From NCBI GenBank assembly GCA_963666205.1, contig OY762654.1, positions 896,001-960,000 of the forward strand: DNA of 64,000 nt, given 5' to 3'. This stretch comes from Synergistales bacterium. Its GTDB lineage: Bacteria > Synergistota > Synergistia > Synergistales > JAFGMB01. Positions within the stretch are counted from its first letter, which is position 1; every line of letters starts with the position of its first letter. Shown piece by piece: positions 50,031-59,585 of this stretch. The position numbers and the translations under genes are program-made. The notes below the pieces were generated by a model. That model did not search any database, was not told the DNA's origin, and saw only the letters and a program-made list of their open reading frames with translations.

Positions 50031-50860
50031 AACATGGTTCCTCCTCCCGAAAGGGCTTTTTCTAAAGGTTCTTCTTCTCTGCTGTCAGCTATAAACACCC
50101 TCTGCACTTTCTGCTCCAGAGCTTCCCTGGCAGCCAGAAGTTTTCTTTTCATGTTCCCTTCGGCACATTTCTCCAGTCTGTCCCACTGGGAAAGATCGGC
50201 CTTCCGGATCAGGCTGGCACTGTCAGACGGGTCTGAAAGCAGACCGGGAACGTTGCTCAGAATAACAAGTACATCCCCTTGCAGAGCTCCTGCTGCTGCC
50301 GCTGCCAATCTGTCGCCATCTACGTTAAGGGCGCTCTTATCCTCTAGAGACAAAGCAATGGGAGGCAGAATGGGAAGGGCTCCCATAGACCAGGCCTTCC
50401 TTACCCACTCGGGGTTGAAAGACATAACTTTCCCGCTGTAATTACCTCTGAGTATCCTTATACGCCCATTTTCCACAGACCTGAGAACATCCTTGCGTTT
50501 TCCGAAAGCTGATGGGAAATACTGCGGGTACAGAGGCAATACCCATAGTCCAAGGAGAGCCGCTGCCGAGACAAGGTCTATGGAAAACTTTGTACAGGCG
50601 AATTCAAAGAGCTCCCGTTCCTTTTCTCCAACGTAGCGGCTGCGGAACCCGCTCGGGCTTATCACATAATCGGGTTCCAGGCCGGAAGCGATACAGATAT
50701 CCTCCATGGATCCGCTTGCTCCATGAACAAGAAGCCATTTTTCTCCCCGTTCTGTTCGTACAGCAAGATCTTTCAATAATGGCATCACATTGTTACCCCT
50801 TGCTCCGCCGATCTTCACGACACCCGTTCCGAGAGTTTTCATTTTTTCAGACCCTTTCAT
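50021..50860 (-). CDS. lysZ: [LysW]-aminoadipate/glutamate kinase
   Basis: VKIGG, SPSGFRSR, GKRK and NVDGDR motifs. Confidence 0.9.
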   Translation of the reverse strand: MKGSEKMKTLGTGVVKIGGARGNNVMPLLKDLAVRTERGEKWLLVHGASGSMEDICIASGLEPDYVISPSGFRSRYVGEKERELFEFACTKFSIDLVSAAALLGLWVLPLYPQYFPSAFGKRKDVLRSVENGRIRILRGNYSGKVMSFNPEWVRKAWSMGALPILPPIALSLEDKSALNVDGDRLAAAAAGALQGDVLVILSNVPGLLSDPSDSASLIRKADLSQWDRLEKCAEGNMKRKLLAAREALEQKVQRVFIADSREEEPLEKALSGGGTMLCH

Positions 50861-50875
50861 TGTCAGTCATTTCCA

Positions 50876-51916
50876 TCAGGCAGGATAAAGGGGTCTCATT
50901 TCCAGACCACTTGTCTCTTCCAGACCAAGCATAAGGTTGGCACACTGAAGAGCGGAACCGGAAGCTCCCTTCATCAGATTATCAATGGCAGAAACAACGA
51001 TAAGTCTGTAACCGTCTTCATGGAGAGAAAATCCGGTAAGAACCCTGTTACTTCCCATTACAAGCCTCGGATCCGGCAGTCTGAGGTGGGAAGGCCTGGC
51101 AGGACAAAGATTCATAAAGGGTTCACCCTGGTAATATTTCCTGTAGATCTTCCACAGTTCTGATTCCTTCATCTTTCGTGCAAGTCTTACCTGGGCCAGC
51201 ATCTGTACACCTCTGACAATCCCGGCAGCCGTCATTGTCATTGTAAATAACTCTTCTGGAGTTTTCAGTTCCTGGATGATCTCTGCAAGGTGACGGTGCC
51301 TGAAGGGTTCATAAACTCTCAATGTTCTGCTTCGATAAGGATGATGGCTGCCCGTATTAGGGTTGGATCCTCCTTCGGAGGATCCAACCCTGAGTTCAAG
51401 CCTTGCATCCTCCAGCAGCCCTTCACTGGCAAGAGGAAAAAGACCAAGGATTGAACATGAAGCATTACATCCAACCCCGCTTACCAGGTCTGCCCCACGG
51501 ATCTCTTCCCTGTGGACTTCCGGCAGACCATAAACACTTCTTTCAAGGAGGTGGGGAGCACCATGGATTGAACCGTACCACTTTACATAGTCTCCGGGGT
51601 TGGAAAGCCTAACATCTGCAGAAAGATCTACAACTTTAACTTTTTTCTGAAGATATCGTTCTATTACCGGCCAGGAACTTCCATGGGGTAAAGCCAGAAA
51701 CACAAGATGACTGTCCCTCCCCAAGGCATCCTCGGGTGCGATGAATGTCGCCGAAGGAAAATCCTGACGAAGATGGGGATGTACATGCCAGACAGGCTGG
51801 CCAGCTCTGCTCCTGGAAACCGCTCCTTCCAGTTCTAATTCCGGATGACCGGCAAGAAGCCGCAAGAGTTCCCCTCCAGCCATTCCATTTGCACCCCATA
51901 CGATGATCCTGAACAT
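50876..51916 (-). CDS. lysY: [LysW]-aminoadipyl/glutamyl-phosphate reductase (ArgC family)
   Basis: LALPHG, DLSAD, GCNA, GSSEGG and IDNLMKGA motifs. Confidence 0.9.
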   Translation of the reverse strand: MFRIIVWGANGMAGGELLRLLAGHPELELEGAVSRSRAGQPVWHVHPHLRQDFPSATFIAPEDALGRDSHLVFLALPHGSSWPVIERYLQKKVKVVDLSADVRLSNPGDYVKWYGSIHGAPHLLERSVYGLPEVHREEIRGADLVSGVGCNASCSILGLFPLASEGLLEDARLELRVGSSEGGSNPNTGSHHPYRSRTLRVYEPFRHRHLAEIIQELKTPEELFTMTMTAAGIVRGVQMLAQVRLARKMKESELWKIYRKYYQGEPFMNLCPARPSHLRLPDPRLVMGSNRVLTGFSLHEDGYRLIVVSAIDNLMKGASGSALQCANLMLGLEETSGLEMRPLYPA

Positions 51917-51971
51917 AATAGCAACCTCCTTGCAGTTAAATAGATCTTAAAGAACTATTGAATCCTCCGTT

Positions 51972-52008
51972 AAAAAATAAAACCCACATGGCCTCTGGCC
52001 AGTGGGTT
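51972..52008 (-). terminator. Intra-operon terminator between lysX and lysY
   Basis: CCCAC-TGGCC-AGA-GGCCA-T-GTGGG followed by TTTTATTTTTT on the minus strand. Confidence 0.75.
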
Positions 52009-52173
52009 AAAGGGATATTTTCAGTTTTGCCATAAAAGACCTCTTAAAGATCATCCCTTCAACCATAAAGAAATAGAGAACCTCCTCGCCTGAGGCTCTC
52101 TTCCCGTCCTGCTCTGCACTTTGATCTCGTGGAATAGAATCGCTGTTTATATAACAAGATAAAGTCCTTTCCT

Positions 52174-53013
52174 TTAATCCCTGGAGACCAGAGACCATGC
52201 ATGTTCGACTATCAGTTCAGGAAGGTCGACACCCGTAGTTTCGATAGAGCTTCTGAATTCGGGCTGGCCGTTGACTTCATTCAACAACCATCCATCCCGG
52301 GTCATAAAGAGGTCTACTGCAAGTATATCTCCACCAATCGCTCCATGAACCTGTTTCAGGATATTTTCAAGGGTACTATCCAGAGAAAACCCTTCCGCCC
52401 TGGCACCCCTTGCAGTATTGGTTATCCAGTGTTCACTGCATCGGCGAATAGCGGTTACAGGCTTTCCTCCAATAACTGTCGCCCTTAGATCCCATCCATC
52501 TTTTTCTATATACTTCTGAATAAAAAAGACCTGGTGCTGTGGTCCCATGTAAGATTTATGTTCAACAAGAGCTTCAACCGCATCCCTGTCGTTCATCTTG
52601 GCCAGTAACCTGCCCCAGCTTCCCACCGGCGGCTTGAATACAACAGGATAACCAAGTTGTTCAGAAGCCAGAACAGCTTCATCGGGGGAAAAGGCAACAC
52701 GATATGGAGGCTGGGATATCCCAGCATCATCAAGGACTGCAGCTGTAGCGATCTTGTCTCCACAGAGAGCTACGACTGAAGAAGGATTGACTGTTCGGAT
52801 CCCCTTAGACTCCAGAAGCTGACAGATGGCCTGGTTCTGAGTCTGGCTTACCACCCGGCCTACTGCAACATCCCCGGGAGATATATCCACATCAGGCCAA
52901 ATCAGACTTCTGACATCGATAAATTCAAAGGGAATTGCCAGCTTCTCAGCTGCTTTAAAAAGCTGTTTTTCCTCTGTTCTGAGCCTGGAGTAGAAAAACT
53001 TCAGGGAAGACAT
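52174..53013 (-). CDS. lysX: ATP-grasp LysW ligase (LysX/ArgX, RimK family)
   Basis: KPPVGSWGR, HWITNTARG and EVNGQPEF motifs; ATG immediately after the lysW stop. Confidence 0.9.
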   Translation of the reverse strand: MSSLKFFYSRLRTEEKQLFKAAEKLAIPFEFIDVRSLIWPDVDISPGDVAVGRVVSQTQNQAICQLLESKGIRTVNPSSVVALCGDKIATAAVLDDAGISQPPYRVAFSPDEAVLASEQLGYPVVFKPPVGSWGRLLAKMNDRDAVEALVEHKSYMGPQHQVFFIQKYIEKDGWDLRATVIGGKPVTAIRRCSEHWITNTARGARAEGFSLDSTLENILKQVHGAIGGDILAVDLFMTRDGWLLNEVNGQPEFRSSIETTGVDLPELIVEHAWSLVSRD

Positions 53014-53014
53014 C

Positions 53015-53182
53015 TTATTCTCCCCAATCCTCCTGAACTTCCGGCGCTTCTTCAACTGTCAGGGGATCCATGCTGACCAGCTCCAGTTCAGTTCCACAAT
53101 CAGGACATAACAAAAGTTCTCCCTCCATAACATCTTCCGGCATGGTAACGATACCTTCACATACAACACAATTGACAGTCAT
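53015..53182 (-). CDS. lysW: Amino-group carrier protein LysW (55 aa, absent from the ORF track)
   Basis: MTVNCVVC…CPDCG…APEVQEDWGE: two CxxC motifs and the diagnostic C-terminal EDWGE; SD AGGAGG. Confidence 0.95.
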   Translation of the reverse strand: MTVNCVVCEGIVTMPEDVMEGELLLCPDCGTELELVSMDPLTVEEAPEVQEDWGE

Positions 53183-53214
53183 CTGTAATTCCTCCTAAAA
53201 AAATGTATGGGGGG

Positions 53215-53244
53215 ATTGTAAACTACAGTATATGATTTTGTCAA
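53215..53244 (-). promoter_or_regulatory. Sigma70-type promoter of the lysW operon
   Basis: TTGACA-18 nt-TACAAT on the minus strand. Confidence 0.6.
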
Positions 53245-53338
53245 GTGGTGTACTTTTGTTTATTTTTATGAAATAAAAAAGGGAGGGAACCATGTTCACT
53301 TACCACGATCCCCCCCTATAACGGTCCCATAAATAAAT

Positions 53339-54970
53339 TTATCCGTGTCTCTGATCCTGTCCTCTCACTTTTGCGACATCAATAACAATAAATGAGAGGT
53401 TGTGGGCATGATCTCCTATTCTTTCCAGATTGCTCAGTATATCAATAAAGACAACCCCGGACGAAGGATGGCAATCTCCCACGTTAAGGCGTTTGATGTG
53501 ACGAAGCCGCAGTTCCTTTTCCATGGTATCTATTTTACTTTCAAGAATGTCTATTACCTCCCTGGCCTTCTCCACATCTTCACCCGCTATGGCTTCCAGG
53601 CTAAGTTCCAAAGCCAGATTGGTCGTACTGAACATCTCTTCAAATTCCTCCATAGCCTTTTCAGAAAAGGGGAGCCTGTTTTCCCTCTTGTAATCATAGA
53701 GCTCAATAAGATTCTGGGCATGGTCACCTATCCTTTCAAGATCTCCCAATCCGTTAATGTATGAGGATAGCACTATAGACAGATCCTGGGAAAGGCTTTT
53801 CTGCCAGAGTTCCGAGGAATACTGGGCAACCTTATGGGTAAGTTCGTTCACTATCTTCTCTGTCTGATTAACCTGTTCTATCATGTGAGCATCATCCAGC
53901 GTAAAGGCATTATGAACATCCATCATCATCTGACCTGCAAGATCTCCGATCCTCAGTATCTCCTGTCTCACAGCATCAACTGCAGCCGCAGGAGAGGCCT
54001 CGATTAGCCTGACATCAAGGAACTGTGGACCCGTGTATGAGATAGTCTCCTTTGACGGGATGACAAGCTGGATGATCTTCACGAAAAGGGATGTAAAGGG
54101 CAGAAAAAGAAGGGTGTTCGTAACGTTGAAAAGAGTATGGGCATTTGCAAGCTGCCTGGCGATATCCCCGGAGGTCATAATAACGGCACTCCTGAAGAGA
54201 GGAAGGATCAGCAGGAATATAACAACACCTATGACATTGAACAGCACATGTGCCGCGGCAGCCTGTTTGGCGCTACGGTTAGACCCCATACATGCTATAA
54301 CAGCTGTTATGGTGGTACCGATGTTATCTCCAAGGAGGATTGGAATTGCCGCATCCAGGCCGAAAAGTCCCTGGGTCGCCATGGCAATGGTCAGACCTAC
54401 CGTAGCAGAACTGGACTGTACAAGCATGGTCAGACCTGCTCCTGCCATCACACCAAGGAGCGGGTTATGGCTGAAAGCAAGGAATATATCCTGTCTTCCC
54501 CTGAGAAACTTCATGGAATCTCCCATATATTGCATCCCCAGAAAAAGAAGACCGAAGCCTACCAGTCCATTCCCAAGATATTTCTGCTTCTTGGTCCTTC
54601 CGAAAACAGAAAGCATCATACCAACAGCTATTATGGGAAGTGCATAATGTTTGATCTTGAAAGCAATTAGCTGGGCCGTTACTGTGGTGCCTATATTAGC
54701 TCCCATGATAACCCCGACTGCCTGTTTGAGGGTCATAAGCCCTGCATGCACGAAACTGACGCTCATTACCGTCGTAGCACTGCTGCTCTGTATCAGCACC
54801 GTGACAAGAGTTCCAACCAGTACTCCCTTGACAGGGGTGCTGGTAAGTGAAGATATAAGCTGACGCAGTCTGTCCCCGGCCAGATCCTGAAGGGATTCTC
54901 CCATAAGCTTGATAGCAAAGAGGAAAAGCCCTATTCCTCCAAGAAGTTGAAATATCGTCCCGCTGGACAT
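53339..54970 (-). CDS. Na+/Pi cotransporter family protein with PhoU domains
   Basis: Two QSSSAT repeats, GANIGTT and LERIGDHA motifs. Confidence 0.92.
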   Translation of the reverse strand: MSSGTIFQLLGGIGLFLFAIKLMGESLQDLAGDRLRQLISSLTSTPVKGVLVGTLVTVLIQSSSATTVMSVSFVHAGLMTLKQAVGVIMGANIGTTVTAQLIAFKIKHYALPIIAVGMMLSVFGRTKKQKYLGNGLVGFGLLFLGMQYMGDSMKFLRGRQDIFLAFSHNPLLGVMAGAGLTMLVQSSSATVGLTIAMATQGLFGLDAAIPILLGDNIGTTITAVIACMGSNRSAKQAAAAHVLFNVIGVVIFLLILPLFRSAVIMTSGDIARQLANAHTLFNVTNTLLFLPFTSLFVKIIQLVIPSKETISYTGPQFLDVRLIEASPAAAVDAVRQEILRIGDLAGQMMMDVHNAFTLDDAHMIEQVNQTEKIVNELTHKVAQYSSELWQKSLSQDLSIVLSSYINGLGDLERIGDHAQNLIELYDYKRENRLPFSEKAMEEFEEMFSTTNLALELSLEAIAGEDVEKAREVIDILESKIDTMEKELRLRHIKRLNVGDCHPSSGVVFIDILSNLERIGDHAHNLSFIVIDVAKVRGQDQRHG

Positions 54971-55287
54971 GTATTATTCCTCCCAAACCGGCATTTTAAA
55001 AAAACATCAGGTCATACATAAATATCTTTTTTAAAAACTTATGGTTTACGAATAGATTTTCAATACATTATTATCTCAAAACATTATTTTTTGTTATTAA
55101 ACCACGGAAAAGATAAACACAGTCATTTTAGCATTGATAGATCCCCTCTGAAGATGGAAATTCGCAGTCTTCAGAAAGTATAAGTCAGAAACTGTTCAGT
55201 TATTATTCTATAAAGAGGGGACCGGAAACTCTCGTTTTCCGCCCCCCTCTTTATAGAATACTTATAATAAATCTCTGACAGCTATTC

Positions 55288-56934
55288 CTATTTTTTCAGT
55301 TTGGGAATCCTCTGAATATTTCTCACACCTACCACGTCAAGAACTATATATGAAAGATTATGGGCATGATCCCCTATCCTTTCAAGGTTGCTCAGAATAT
55401 CTATGAACACGACTCCTGAAGATGGTTGGCACTTCCCCGTATTGAGTCGCTTGATATGGCTCTTGCGGAGCATTTTTTCCTTCCTGTCTATCTCTTTCTC
55501 AAGTACATCGATAACTTCTCTGGCCTTGGACTGGTTTTCTTCCGCCATGGCCTCGATACATAGATCGACAGCTCTTGAAGTGGTATTGAACATATCTTCA
55601 AATTCCTCCATACCCTTTTGAGAAAAAGAAAGCTTATGTTCAAACTTGTATTCAAAGAGTTCTATAAGATTCTGTGCATGGTCGCCTATCCTCTCGATAT
55701 CACCGAGTCCGTTGACATAAGAAGAAAGAACTATGGAGAGTTCTTCCGATAGACTCTTCTGGAAAAGCTCTGATGCATAAGAAGCGATAGTATGGGTTGT
55801 CTCATTCACTATCTTTTCTGTTCTGTTGACCTGATTTATCATGTGATAATCATTTTTTTCGAAGGCATCGAATACATAGGACATCATATTCTGGACCAGA
55901 CCGCCAAGGCGAATCAGCTCTTTCCTGACTGCATCCACACCTGCAGCCGGAGAAGCATTCACAAGTCTCCTGTCAAGGTATTGAGGACCTGTAAATACGA
56001 CCTCACCCCGGGAAGGTACCACTTTTTCTATGAGCCGGGAAAAAGGCCCTATAAAGGGAAGCAGGATAAGGGTATTTGTAATGTTAAAGAGAGTATGGGC
56101 ATTGGCCAGCTGACGGGCTATATCATGGGAAGTTAAAACAACTACTGATCTGAACAATGGAAGAATGGTCATAAAGATTATGGTTCCGATAACCTTGAAG
56201 AATACCTGCGAAACTGCCGCCTGTTTAGCTGTTCGTCCTAATCCCAGTGAAGCAATGACGGCTGTTATCGTTGTACCTATATTATCTCCGAAAAGTATAG
56301 GGATGGCTCCGTCAATATTGATCAGTCCCTGGGAAGCCATTACCATGGTCAGACCGACAGTGGCAGAACTTGACTGGACAAGCATGGTAAGTCCCGTACC
56401 GGCAAGAACACCAAGAAAGGGGTTGTCACTGAAGGCCAGAAATATATCCTGGCGATCCTTCAGAAAAGCCATAGCGCCCTCCATGTGTATCATTCCCAGA
56501 AAGAGGAGGGCAAATCCGACCATTCCGTTTCCCAGGTATTTCTGCCTCTTGTTTCTTCCAAAGACTGCAAAGATCATCCCTATTCCTACAAGGGGAAGTG
56601 CAAAATGTTTGATCTTGAAGGCAATGAGCTGTGCTGTGATCGTAGTACCTATTGCGGCTCCCATTATTACGCTTATTGCCTGTTTTAATCCCATGAGGCC
56701 GGCATGAACAAAACTGACTGCCATGACTGAAGTCGCACTGCTGCTTTGTATTACCATGGTAACTAAAGTTCCAACGAGTATTCCCTTTACAGGTGTACTC
56801 GTAAGTGAAGCTATCAACTGTCGAAGTCTGTCTCCTGCCAGGTCCTGCAGGGAATCACCCATCAACTTTATGCCATAAAGGAAAAGACCTACTCCTCCGA
56901 GGAGTTGAAAGGCCATTGCTGTATTCATTGGCAA
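55288..56934 (-). CDS. Na+/Pi cotransporter family protein with PhoU domains (tandem paralogue)
   Basis: Same motifs as the downstream copy. Confidence 0.92.
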   Translation of the reverse strand: MPMNTAMAFQLLGGVGLFLYGIKLMGDSLQDLAGDRLRQLIASLTSTPVKGILVGTLVTMVIQSSSATSVMAVSFVHAGLMGLKQAISVIMGAAIGTTITAQLIAFKIKHFALPLVGIGMIFAVFGRNKRQKYLGNGMVGFALLFLGMIHMEGAMAFLKDRQDIFLAFSDNPFLGVLAGTGLTMLVQSSSATVGLTMVMASQGLINIDGAIPILFGDNIGTTITAVIASLGLGRTAKQAAVSQVFFKVIGTIIFMTILPLFRSVVVLTSHDIARQLANAHTLFNITNTLILLPFIGPFSRLIEKVVPSRGEVVFTGPQYLDRRLVNASPAAGVDAVRKELIRLGGLVQNMMSYVFDAFEKNDYHMINQVNRTEKIVNETTHTIASYASELFQKSLSEELSIVLSSYVNGLGDIERIGDHAQNLIELFEYKFEHKLSFSQKGMEEFEDMFNTTSRAVDLCIEAMAEENQSKAREVIDVLEKEIDRKEKMLRKSHIKRLNTGKCQPSSGVVFIDILSNLERIGDHAHNLSYIVLDVVGVRNIQRIPKLKK

Positions 56935-57134
56935 ACCTCCAGAATTGAAACAGGGTTCTTCTAATACTGTGGAATAACTGCCGGATTCTCAAACCGAATC
57001 ATCATACCATATGAATCGCCATGGGTAGACCATAAAAGAGAAATTATTTCAACATATGGGGAAAAATTCTTTCCTTGTCAACTCTTCTGGAACAGAAATC
57101 CAGAGTCTGTCCGGAGGAACCTGCAAGATGAGTA

Positions 57135-59432
57135 TCAACTATCCCCTCCAGGTTGTTCCTGGACTTTTTCAGAACCCATCCCGGGGATAACATCCACGTG
57201 AACATCCATCTGGGGAAAGGCTATGACAATACCATTTTTCGCGAATCTGCTATCTATCATGTAACGCATATCACTTGCAACGAAAAACCTTGATGCTTCC
57301 TTCATGTCCACGTAAAAGTACAATTCGAAAAGGAGGGCACTGTCTCCGAATTCGCGGAACACAACGTAAGGATCAGGCTTTTTCAAGACCTTTGAGTGGT
57401 CCTGGGCAACTTTGAGAAGAAGTTTTTCAACTTCTCTCACAGGGGAGCCATAGGCCACCCCCACATTGACAACTCCCCGGATAAGTTTGTCACTATGGGT
57501 CCAGTTGATTATTTTATTGTTCAGAAAATGACTGTTGGGGATCATTATCTCAACGTTATCAAAATCCCTTACTGTGGTGGCCCTGGATCCTATCTCCACA
57601 ACAGTGGCCACGTTATCGTCAACCTGGACAATATCGTTCACCTTGAAGGGTTTCTCAAACATGATAATGAAACCTGTTATGAGGTTGCTGAAAATGTTCT
57701 GGGCACCAAAACCTATGGCAATGGCAAGGGCACCACCAAGGAATGCAAAGGCTGTCAATGGGATGTTGACCATCTTCAGAGTGATGAGTATGAAGGTTAT
57801 AATGAGAACGTAATAGGATATTTTCTGAATAGCCATTGTGGCCGACGGGTCTACATTTCTTTTTTCCAGTCTCCCCTTTACAGCCATGGTCATTTTATTA
57901 CTTATGGAAAGCCCGGTAACAAGGATCAGGATAGCCAGAATAAGTTTTCTGACGGTCATGGAATACCCATCTCCGGACCACAGTTCTGTCTGTAATATTC
58001 CTAATATCCTCTCTCGTCCAAAGGTGGATACTTTCTTCGTTAACTGGACAGCGGCCAGTTTGTCTTCAACTTCTTCCAGGAGACGGCTGTTCAGCGAAAG
58101 GATCATGCTCAGTTTTGAAGTGTAATTCAGGTGATCATCTTCAAGATACTTCTCAAGGGCAAGGGCGATACCTTTAAGATAAGGCTCTGCCTTTTTATTG
58201 ATATCAGACCTCGAAAGCTCCTCTTCAGCGGCAGTGAGGAGGGAATTGATCGACGAAAGACGCTCCTGTTCCTCCAGAAGGTTATGTTCAAGCTTGTCGA
58301 TCCTGGCCGATATGCTGTTCCTGATCTCGAAGAGGGTCTCTGTCTTTGTATCCCCATTGAGCAGGGAATATCGTGAACGCCATATATTCTGGGCTTCGGC
58401 AAAATATTGCAGGATCTCCTCGCTGTGTTCTATCCTTGACTGGTAATATTCCCACCAGGTCTGCTGTTCCTTCAGTGCTATATTGGCAATTAGCAGTTTG
58501 TCCGGGTCCTGAGTCGTCTCAACAGCAGCCTGGGCCTTGATGAGGTTCTGTTCTACCTTAACCCTTTCCGTTTCCAGGATTTCCATTTCCTTTTTCAGGC
58601 TCTCAATATTTTTCTGAAGATCCTCAACCTGTTTCTGGAGATCTGCAGCATCGTAGTGCAGGTTGTCCCTGATCCAGTTTATTCCCTGGGAATTCCTGTC
58701 TCGCACTATTTGAGAGGATTCTATCTCGATCTTAAGATTGGAATCCTTTATCCCCTGGAAATCAAGAATAACGCTGTAAAGTTCCGATTCAGTCTGGGCT
58801 GTACGGTATTCCCAGGCCAGTTCGGGAACAGAGCCCTGCTCTACCTTCTCGACCTGTTCCTTGAGTATCCGTACCCTGCTCGAGGCCTTTTCAAAGGCAG
58901 ATTTTGCAACATTGCGGGCTGACTCGACCTGAGCTCTTGAACGTTTAAGGGTTTTTATTTTGTTATCAAGGGCTTCAAGATTTCTGAGATAGGTTTCATA
59001 AAAGGAAAGGGAATAGGGAGGTTTTTCCGGCACAAGAGATTCCACCGCCTGCTCGGCAGTGCTATTGAGCCTCTCCATCTCCTTGGAGAGAGTGTCTCTT
59101 TTTTCAAGGGCGGTGATGATACGCCTGTAATAGGATGTAGTCGCATTAAGACGAACGATCTGGTTTGAAACCTCTGTTTCGGGGATGCCGTTCTGAACAG
59201 CAAAAATAGAGTTATCCGTCTTTTCCCATTCAGAAAGGCGAACATTGATTTCATCCAGTCTTTTCTGGAAAGTGTCCTTTTCAGAAAGAACGGTCTGTTC
59301 TGACTGGCTATCGGAAGGAGAGGCCGAAAGAGGCTTGTCCTGGGCCCCTGCAGATATGCAGAAAAGGGTCAACAGAACAGTCAATAACAGAATTACTGAA
59401 ACGGACCGCCGAAAACATCTGTATTCTCTCAT
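57135..59432 (-). CDS. MscS-family mechanosensitive channel with large periplasmic coiled-coil domain
   Basis: Signal peptide; GFGAQNIFSN, IPNS, VGVAYGS and IAFPQ motifs. Confidence 0.9.
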   Translation of the reverse strand: MREYRCFRRSVSVILLLTVLLTLFCISAGAQDKPLSASPSDSQSEQTVLSEKDTFQKRLDEINVRLSEWEKTDNSIFAVQNGIPETEVSNQIVRLNATTSYYRRIITALEKRDTLSKEMERLNSTAEQAVESLVPEKPPYSLSFYETYLRNLEALDNKIKTLKRSRAQVESARNVAKSAFEKASSRVRILKEQVEKVEQGSVPELAWEYRTAQTESELYSVILDFQGIKDSNLKIEIESSQIVRDRNSQGINWIRDNLHYDAADLQKQVEDLQKNIESLKKEMEILETERVKVEQNLIKAQAAVETTQDPDKLLIANIALKEQQTWWEYYQSRIEHSEEILQYFAEAQNIWRSRYSLLNGDTKTETLFEIRNSISARIDKLEHNLLEEQERLSSINSLLTAAEEELSRSDINKKAEPYLKGIALALEKYLEDDHLNYTSKLSMILSLNSRLLEEVEDKLAAVQLTKKVSTFGRERILGILQTELWSGDGYSMTVRKLILAILILVTGLSISNKMTMAVKGRLEKRNVDPSATMAIQKISYYVLIITFILITLKMVNIPLTAFAFLGGALAIAIGFGAQNIFSNLITGFIIMFEKPFKVNDIVQVDDNVATVVEIGSRATTVRDFDNVEIMIPNSHFLNNKIINWTHSDKLIRGVVNVGVAYGSPVREVEKLLLKVAQDHSKVLKKPDPYVVFREFGDSALLFELYFYVDMKEASRFFVASDMRYMIDSRFAKNGIVIAFPQMDVHVDVIPGMGSEKVQEQPGGDS

Positions 59433-59585
59433 AAAGGTCCCTCCTCTTAAATATGATGGAATGGATCGCACTTCTATTGTAACAATACTTCAGGTCTTTA
59501 CAAGGACTGAACGGGTCAGAAAGACCTGTCTGCATTAAAAAGGCGGGCTGGGCCCGCCTCGGTCTGTCTCTTCAGTTTTCAGGGA

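Noticed and set aside
52007-52198. 63-aa ORF, or T-box/lysine riboswitch, in the lysX-lysY spacer
   Set aside because: The long ORF starts inside lysX without a clear SD; AGAGAG is present but there is no T-box antiterminator bulge or lysine-aptamer consensus; kept only as an unclassified structured spacer
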